64,000 nucleotides of DNA, taken from Ascidiella aspersa. Its lineage: Eukaryota. The DNA lies in NCBI GenBank assembly GCA_963924565.1, contig OZ004609.1, positions 25,916,001 through 25,980,000 of the forward strand, in the 5' to 3' direction. Both the position numbers and the translations under genes were made by a program. The notes below the pieces were generated by a model, which was given only the letters and a program-made list of their open reading frames with translations, was not told the DNA's origin and ran no database searches. This document shows, piece by piece, positions 52,101 through 61,100 of the stretch. Within the stretch, counting starts at the first letter, position 1. The number at the start of each line of letters is the position of its first letter.

Positions 52101-55100
52101 CAAACCAAGCCGCATAAAGTTCGCCCCGGCCTTTCCAGTAAGAAATCTTTTTACATTAAAATGGGTTGTGATTTTCAGTTAACAAAGCACTTTTCGAGTT
52201 CCGCGTAAACAAATGGGTTCGTTTGGGCGCTTAAGGGGAAAGATTCCATTTCTTATTTTTTCTACTGTTCGTAGCATCTATAGATATATAGCGCCGCAAG
52301 TTTAAAGCTCCCCCCTGTAAATATTTTATTCCTGAATAGCGTAGTAGTATATGGCTAAATTGCGGTGTTTGTTAAATGTCTGTATATGCTTTAATACAGA
52401 CAGCGAAGTATCTTTTTAAATATAGATATTATATATATGTTTTTTATATTTCAGTTCCTCATATATATCACAAATAAGTGTACACCTCTTATATCATTTC
52501 AGAGTGACATAATACTACAGAACGCTTTACTCTATTACTCAGCGAACAATATTGTCATCGGTTAAAACCAACCTTGTTATCTACCTCTTTCTAAAAACGA
52601 AGTGCTGTGCTATTGTTATCCCTGCAATTCAATGGGTTATTTAAATATCGGTTGTGAGTTGCGACATATTAATTTCTATTTGCATGCAATCTTATTTCAT
52701 AATTAGATTTGACCTTCCTCTAGCGTAAACACAATAGCCATAGCCGCGCTCGTAACTATAAGCAGCCAACTGCGTGTTATCATTACTAATATTTACCGTG
52801 CGTTACAGTATTAAATCAGTGTAAGTATAATTGTAATCAAAATCACTGCTGCAAAATGCAATTACAGCCCTTTTCAAAGCGCCATTGAATTTCGGGTGAT
52901 AATGGTAAATATATAGCTTTACTTGGAAACGCATTTCCCTAAAAGCGTTGTGTTTCGAAAGGCGTTACGAAATCGTTAATTCAACTTGTTTCGTGACGTA
53001 ATGCGCTGTTGGTCGTGAAATTTATTCTTGTATGAATGTACTTTCGGTGATAGTCAAAGGCGCACGTGGTTTGACCAACACTCGTGCAATTACACATGCA
53101 CACACACGACACGTCGCTTATTTTTTTCAGGAATAGTACGTAATCACTTTCTATTAATCGTATGTTACTTTAGGCAATATAATCTTTCGCGTACAGATTG
53201 AATACCAAATGGTAAAACGCATCGCGTCCCATTAGTGATTTCGTCTAGCGCAGGGGTTCTCAACCTGTTAATTCTATTTTTTTAGTTGATAAGTCTACTC
53301 CACTATACCAAAAGAAAGAAATAAAAATTATTGAACCCTTGAAGCCGCAAGAAGAGACGGCAACCCGATTTTGCTTTGAGAAAGATAGTTTGACCACATT
53401 TTGGGCAAAACTAAGCAATTTATACCCTATAAGCTTAATGAAATTGTCATGCCATTGCTGTTGCCTTTCTCATCAACATATCGTTGTGAATGTGGGTTTT
53501 CAACAATGATGTTACTGAAGACAAAGTAGCGCATTGTCTTGGTTATTTAATATGACATGCGGCTGGCTTTTTCTCTTTCCACCACTAAACCAGCAAAATT
53601 AGGACATTGTCAGAGCAAAAACAACCTCAACTATCACATTAAGTGGATTTGTAATAACAAATTTATGTACTATCATGTTTATTGTGTGTTTTATTTATAT
53701 CATTTTATTATTTCAACTACCGGTTACTGTACAATAAAACCAGTTTTTTTAATAATAAACCGTTTTTTGAATTAAAATGACGTTTCCTAATTTTTTAAAT
53801 GGTTGAAAAAAATTGGGGGCCATTGATTTCTCAAAATTTTCAAAGATGGCCTCGTTGTAAAAGAGGTTGCGAACCCCTGGCCTAGCGCAAGGCGCATGTT
53901 GTAGTTGTTTTGTGGCACTCGACTCTTCCTCTGTATTGGCTGACGACAACGGCTTGTCTCAAACAGATTATATACAATATACATATGGTCATCATATGTG
54001 ATTTAAACAACCCACCACTAATGTATTCACACAGCTGTTCGTGTAACGTATTTTACTCCTAAAGCTGACGGTGTATTGCGCAGGGCATGACAGTTCACCA
54101 TTCGATATCCATTACGAGTTCCTTTTCGCAAAGCGCGAAAATAGAAGCCTTGGCGTCGCCAGATAAGAGGTTTTATTACAGGTGAGTCGAATTCATTGTA
54201 ATTTAGCCGACAAGACGTCGCTCTTTTGCGCAGTAAAATGTTTACCGCTCTATTTTTCTGCGTTTGTCAGTGTGTTGATGAATGTACAATGTCTTTGTAC
54301 ATGCTATGATGCTCATAGCGACACTTGTAAGTTACACTACGTATGTATGTAACCCATGTCGCTATATTATGCTCCGCTTTTCGTCATTTACGCTACGTTA
54401 ACTGTAGTGCATTTTTTCTGTATTTACAAAAAATGACAACCAAATATAATTGTGTTTTCTCCTTTACTACAAATTGGGATAGGGCGTTTGAAATTCGGAT
54501 CGGATTCTATAACATACTAGATTCCAGTTAAAACAAACGGTACTCGTCCGATTTGATTGCGATATTGTGCCAATTGAATCCCATCGTCGATATTATACCG
54601 AGTCTGAGCCTTGAGCAAAGTTATTGCTGCCACCAAAAATTTCCTTTCACTCGGTGTTTTGTCTTCGCAAGTGATTTATTGAAAATTTAGTTTATACGCA
54701 TCACGCGTAATACACCGATAAGCATGAAACGTTCTGAAACACAATAATGCCTATGTTAACGCCCCAGGCAGATGTACACAGCACACGCCTGTAATAAAAA
54801 TGGGGTCAAGGACTTATGGCGTTTTCAACCTAAATTTTGGCAAAAAAACAGTAAGCTTGCGACCAAACCAATCACTAAAACCAGAGTTAGCTGCACTAGG
54901 CAACATTTCAATAGATATAAATCGCTCTTCTGGTGTAAACAAAGATATAAACCGACGTTTTGGCAGCAGATACAAGCTGGCCTCATCAGGGTTAATAATT
55001 AAAACGAGAATGCGTTAGCCAGCTAACTAAACAGTATGAAAATAAAAATCCTACATAGATTAAAATTAATAAATCGATAGACGTCGCTGTTTTGCACCGT

Positions 55101-58100
55101 CGAACAACAAACGTTCTAACAGCCATACAACGACGAGTAGATTGTCGGAAACCACATATATTTTTTGTTCATTGTGTTACGACATTGGTTGATCCCGACT
55201 GATTCAATCGTCTTTTGTAATAGTTCAGTTCCCAGTCTAGAAATTTACATTCATCCCAAAACATTCTGTGTCAAAGTTCAACCACATGCTCTGCCAGAGC
55301 TCACCGGGAAGCCCTTTCAAGGCGGACATCACGCTTTTTTTATGTTCAAGTTTCCTGGTATGAAAGGAACGTTTAGTTTCCCCTATGTATGTTGCCGAAC
55401 AACCTCCACAGGGAATCTCATAAACAGCTCCTTGGCATTTTTCCGGTTAAACTGGATCTTGATGGTAAAAGGTTTCCAATTTTCCTATCGATTTCAATGC
55501 TGTTGAATCAAAGCGACTTTTCAAAATTCGCTTTAGTTTGTCAGCCAGACCTGGAATATAACGAATAATAGCCAGACCTTTCGGTTTCGGTTTAGCTGTT
55601 ATGTTATGGTTAGTTTGTTTTTGTGGCTTGAACAACCAATCAGGGTATTCGTTTTTATCTTTTTTTCGTCATGGCCCTTTTCACATTTTTCGTTAGCTTC
55701 GTCCGTATTGCTAGTGCAAAGTTTTGCAGCTCGGTGTAGTAGGGTGTACACAACCGAGGGTTTGTGCTCAAGAAGGTGTTTCGATCTGAAATTTACGTAG
55801 CGATCTGCTCCGGATGACCCCGTTGCGCCACAGCTTATCACATACTTCACCTACGTCTAGATTTATTATTTTTAATCTATAGTCTTTTTATTTTTATACT
55901 TTTTATGGCAGAGACGAATATTCACAACCTTATCTCGAAAAAATTAAGCGCAACGACTTCAAAGAAGCCGGCTTACAATTGACGGCCTAAGTGCAGTTAG
56001 CTCGCTTTGCTTTGGCAGTGTTCATATTACATTAATATTTTGTCGGGCAAGTGTCTACAAGTCAACATTTACCAGAACGAAATAACGCTTGTCCTAACTG
56101 TCTACATGGTTTCTTTCGAATTTCCGTAACTTTTATACACCAATGCCGAACAAGATTTGCTACTTCGTTGCCTTTAAATAGTACACATTTCTCGAAAGGT
56201 CGGTTTCGATAATTTACCGGACTATTTAATGCGGAGGACTTTTTAAAATGCGTTATTTCCTTGTTTGATTTGTTTTTGCAGCATTTTTCGCAATTATTTG
56301 CCGTCGATATTTTGCTCCAAGATAATTGTCGCAGATCAACGAAAAACAGTCCAGTAGGTTTGATAACAAAACACAATTTTTGACCGTGTGACAAAACTGA
56401 TAGTAATCCAAATCTGGATTTGTTGCAGAAAACTGAAGAACGTGGTTGGCGAGCTGGAACCAAACAAAGAGGTGCGGGTGGGCAAGATCTACTTCGACCC
56501 CAGACAAGACTGCAAACCCGACCGCTGCTATGCAGGACTACCCACGTCCACTACAGGTAAGTTCCCTATCTTTATTAAATAAACTTCGGTCGGGTAACAA
56601 ATGTGGTATGTTCTGATTTTAAAAGTGTATGTTCGCCGTGTATGTTTAATTCCTGTTTTTTGTTTTGTAAATAATTATACCAATTAAATTGCTGAGTATT
56701 CTTGTCCGATGAATTTTCTGTCGCTTTAGGTTTCAAGCAATATTTTTTAAATTTAAATAAATTGACTGAAAACGTTATTACGTCTTACAAAAAGGTAAAA
56801 TTCTAGGTAAAGTGATTTAAATTTGCCTTTAATGAGTTTATTTCAAATCTGTGTAAAATAATTAATTTACCACGAAAACTGCAACAAGACAAGTCAACAC
56901 ATTATGACGATTATGTAATTAAAACACTGCTTGTAAATGGACGATCGTTTTTTTCGTAATGTAACTGCTATGAAACCCAAATACGCTATTTACATGCTAA
57001 GCAATGCGCCGACAACCCGTTGATAGCCATTGCGTTCTGCATACACGATCTACGTATAGAGTGTATAATATATGCCCAACAACTGAAAACATGCCTCTCG
57101 TCAATTTCTAACCGCCATCATCGGTTCTCGTCACAATACGCGTCGCACCACGTAGAACTTGATAGCTTCTGATGCGCGCAAACTCGTATCAACCTTATAG
57201 TGGGACATCACTGGCTGACCACCCTGAGCCTGGGCAAGGAGGCGCCCGACGTCGACTTGAAGCTCTACAAAACGCTACAGGAACGATGGAAGAGTTTACA
57301 GAAAGAAAACGCAACAAGGTGAGAATACGCTCCGTGCTTTTTTCACGTTTAAAATAGTGTTGGTTCAACTTCTTTATCTTGTGCCTTTATCACAGTAAAA
57401 AAAGAAGCAAATTGGTTACTGAAAGCCATCGCAGTGTACTAATTATACGTAAGCCCTAATCGTTGATCAAAAAGCAGCGTCAGAAGGGCCAGATCACAGT
57501 TGTAAACACACATATGTGTGTGCTTGTTTCATGGCATTAGGTAAATGCTAATTTGCATTCCAGCATGCTTGCTTGTTTCCATTCGTTTTTTACAATACGA
57601 ATAGGATCATTTACGGCACCCGTTTAAAATGATCTCATCGTTAGTTCAACGAGTGTGTTTACATATGTATTTTTTTAGTTTTGTCCTAAAAAAATTCTGG
57701 CGTCGCGACGATTGCAAATGAATTAAAATGGGACATTGCACAAGTGCGTTGTCGAAGCAAATAAAAGACCGCATTGGTCCAAAACAACGATGTAAATGCG
57801 ACCGAACCTTGGTGCGAATTACAACGCGCGACTGAAAGCCTAATTCCGAATCGATAATATTTTTTTATTTACATGTTGTTGCGACACTAATCCCGAGCAG
57901 ACAATGGCGCAACGTTGGTCACGCTTTTTTCAACATATGTCTATTTGATGACGCAATTGTCTTTTTCGTCTTTTCACTTTTGCTTGGCTACGGCAGAAAA
58001 CCCTAAAAAAACGGGGCGCTTGACTCTGGTCGGGCTTTCATGTTTGGAGTTTTGATTAATATACTTTTTAATTCCTAACCAACTAAATTTGACCTAAAAT

Positions 58101-61100
58101 TTAAATACGCGTACTAAGTATAAGCAAAGTCACATATTTTTTTATATGTTTTGTCGCACTTTTTTTTCCCTTGCTAAGTTTACCGGGTCAGCGTAACGTC
58201 ATTAGTACCCCGGCGTTATCCAAGTATTCCTACAAAGCCATGAACAAACAGGGTTTACTCAGAAAACGAGATAGGAAAACCAAACTGGTTAGCAGAGCGC
58301 GACCATGCTCATTGCTGTCTTACCCAACGACAAACATACATAACTTATATCTTGCGTTAACTAACGCAAACAGACCGGCGTATTCGCTGACTGATTTTAT
58401 GGGAAGCATAGTTAAGATTTACGGACGATGGTTTCTAGTTTACCTTATACACAGCCGGCCAATGGACGATCGATCACGCCTTAATCGTAGTGATGCCAGC
58501 AACACACCGGCGTCCGATTTAGTATAATTGGTGCAAATCGACGCTGCGACCTGTGCGACGCATCGAGGATATATATTGGACAAAACGTGTCGTGACGTTT
58601 CGAAAAAACAGCTGTCGGCTCCACTTTTAGATTTACACGCAAAAACACGTGTCCAAAACAGAATCACAGATTCGAGGTTAAACCACCTCGTGTCAAACAA
58701 GCTGTTTGGTTTCTTACTAAAGCCATCTGGCTGTCTGTGCAACAATTTAAATGCTAATGAACCTGATAATGTACAAATGTTGAACAATTTGAATCATTTG
58801 TTGTTGTACTTATGACTGTGATCTGCCCCAAGTTGTATTGTCCCATGAAAAACGGCACGCATATCAAAGCCTTTGGAGGCCTAACCCAAGTCAGTCGTCC
58901 TTTAAACCATAATTTGTTGGCTTCTAATCAGAAATGTTGTCCTTCTGTTCAACTTGATTGGATTTTCCATCACGAAAACTTGACCTAACCCTATTTCCCC
59001 AGTTTTAACGCCACCTTCCAGCTAAGCACGAGTCTGATCCGCGACTACGAGTTTTTTGCTCTGGCCTCCCTCTACTGGCCGACCTTGGTTAACCTTGACG
59101 AGCCAGAGTACAAGTTTCCACTCACCCATGTGGGCAAACAGGCGGTGAGTGCAAAAGGGTCTACTTCAAAAAGTGTTGCACTGAATATGTGAATAATGGA
59201 AATCACCTTGACCCTTGCAAGATAAATGTCGACCTTAATTCTTCAAAATGTGTTAGGGTATCGCGTAAACGTATACCAGCATGCTTAGGTTATTTTTAGA
59301 CCACAGCTGTTTAGTACCATCATTAAAAAACTAACGACATACGTGTATAATTAAAAATAGAAATATGCTAATTTTAAGTTAATTTGTTTAACAATAAAAT
59401 TGGTATGACCTACAAGAAGGAAGCGTTTTTTCAAATACATTCAATTGTATTCCAAGTTTCCAACTATTTATCATACTTTTTAGTAGTTTTTGTCTCCCGA
59501 CTTTAACGAATTAGCAATACAGGGCCGCCAAACATCAGTTTGCCCAACATAGTGTGAGAAACCCGCCCAACAATTAACTGAGTGGTGTCCAAAGTTTTAA
59601 TTGTTTAAATGGGATTAAAGTTATATGCATTGTTCTATGGCGCGCTACCTGTTTAATCGTTTAATTTAGTGGATTATTGAAAAAACATTTTATCAGATTA
59701 AAATTAAATTTTTTTTTTACATTTTATCAGATTAGACGAAACGGTGCGCGTTATTCCAGTATTTCGGTTTTTAAACAACGTACATTTTAATTTAAACCAT
59801 ATAACCCATGAATTGCCATAACAGAGTTTACCCGTAAATCTTTAACGCCCCTATTTCTCGTCCACCGCAGGTCAACGAAATCACCCTGCACAACCCCTCC
59901 GACTCACCCATCATCCTGCAGATCCTCCCCCTCTCCATCTACCCCCAACCCCAGGCCGTGCTTAAGGCGCTGGGCCTCGACCATTTGCTAGAGCGGGAGG
60001 GCTTCACCATAAGCAACCAGAAGACTTTCAGCATCGCAGCGCCGCCGAATTCTGTAAGTAATTCTCGTTTTTTTTGATAAATCCGTTTGTAGACTCGCTT
60101 TCAAACTGTTTTGTGTAATTCCGCGCTTGTGGTTTTAATTTTTTTCAATAATGAGGGTTTTTTGGACGTTATGATTTATTTTTTAGGAGCGCATTGCTTG
60201 CAGCTTACCGTTAATTTTGATTTCAAATGTGTTTAATCAAATTCAATTAGATTAGTTTTTTTTTCAAATATTCTGTAAAATTCTGGTAAAACTTGTTACA
60301 TCTAGTTAGTGCGGGCAACCTTTTTTATTTGGTAAATTCAGATTTTAGTTCTTTTTAGATTATGTTAATCACAGATAAATTTTGCGACGAATCTCGTTAA
60401 ACTTGTTTTCGAAATCCAATTGTAGCAGCGTTGCGCCATGACCTTTGTCAGACACGCCTTTTTTCGTGAATGTGCTTTGTATAGTAACATAGGTCAAGGA
60501 CGTGACTTGTACTGAACTTTTTCGTTAAGAAATATTTAAACTTTTGCCTCTGCTTACGTTTGATTGAATTACAACGCAGGGTTTAAAAAGTTTGATAGCG
60601 CTGAACTTAAATCACACTGTAGTAGTTAATTTTTAGACGATCATTTTTACGCGTCAATAGATGTTGCGTATGTAATGAACCTGATATAATGTCTCGAGAC
60701 AAGACTCCATTCCTAAGTCACTGTTTTGACTTTTCTTTCTGTTTAAAACAATTCATTTCGTTTAATTTAGTATTATAAATAATGAAACGATAAAGCCCTT
60801 AAAGAGTTATTGAATAAACACTCCTGATGGTATGGAAACTGCTGTAATCTGTACTTTACGTTTCACGGTCACGACTGTCTCCTAAATTCGAAAAGTTAAA
60901 TTGCAAATTTTTAAATGATACACGATTGCTATTAAAAAAATGGATCACGGTATCTCCGTATGAGATGCGACCTTAAATGTTTTTTGGTCACGGTTGATAG
61001 CTAAAATAAATTAAAATATACTGTAGTACTGCTACGTATAATTGACTAGGACCACAGCGTGTGTATTTGTTGCTCCAAACAATGGCAATCGTGCCTTCAT

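Noticed and set aside
3470-53960. Other CTGANGA motifs (e.g. ~3470, ~3551, ~5379, ~9054, ~53940) as hammerhead cores
   Set aside because: None is followed by a stem II and GAAA box.
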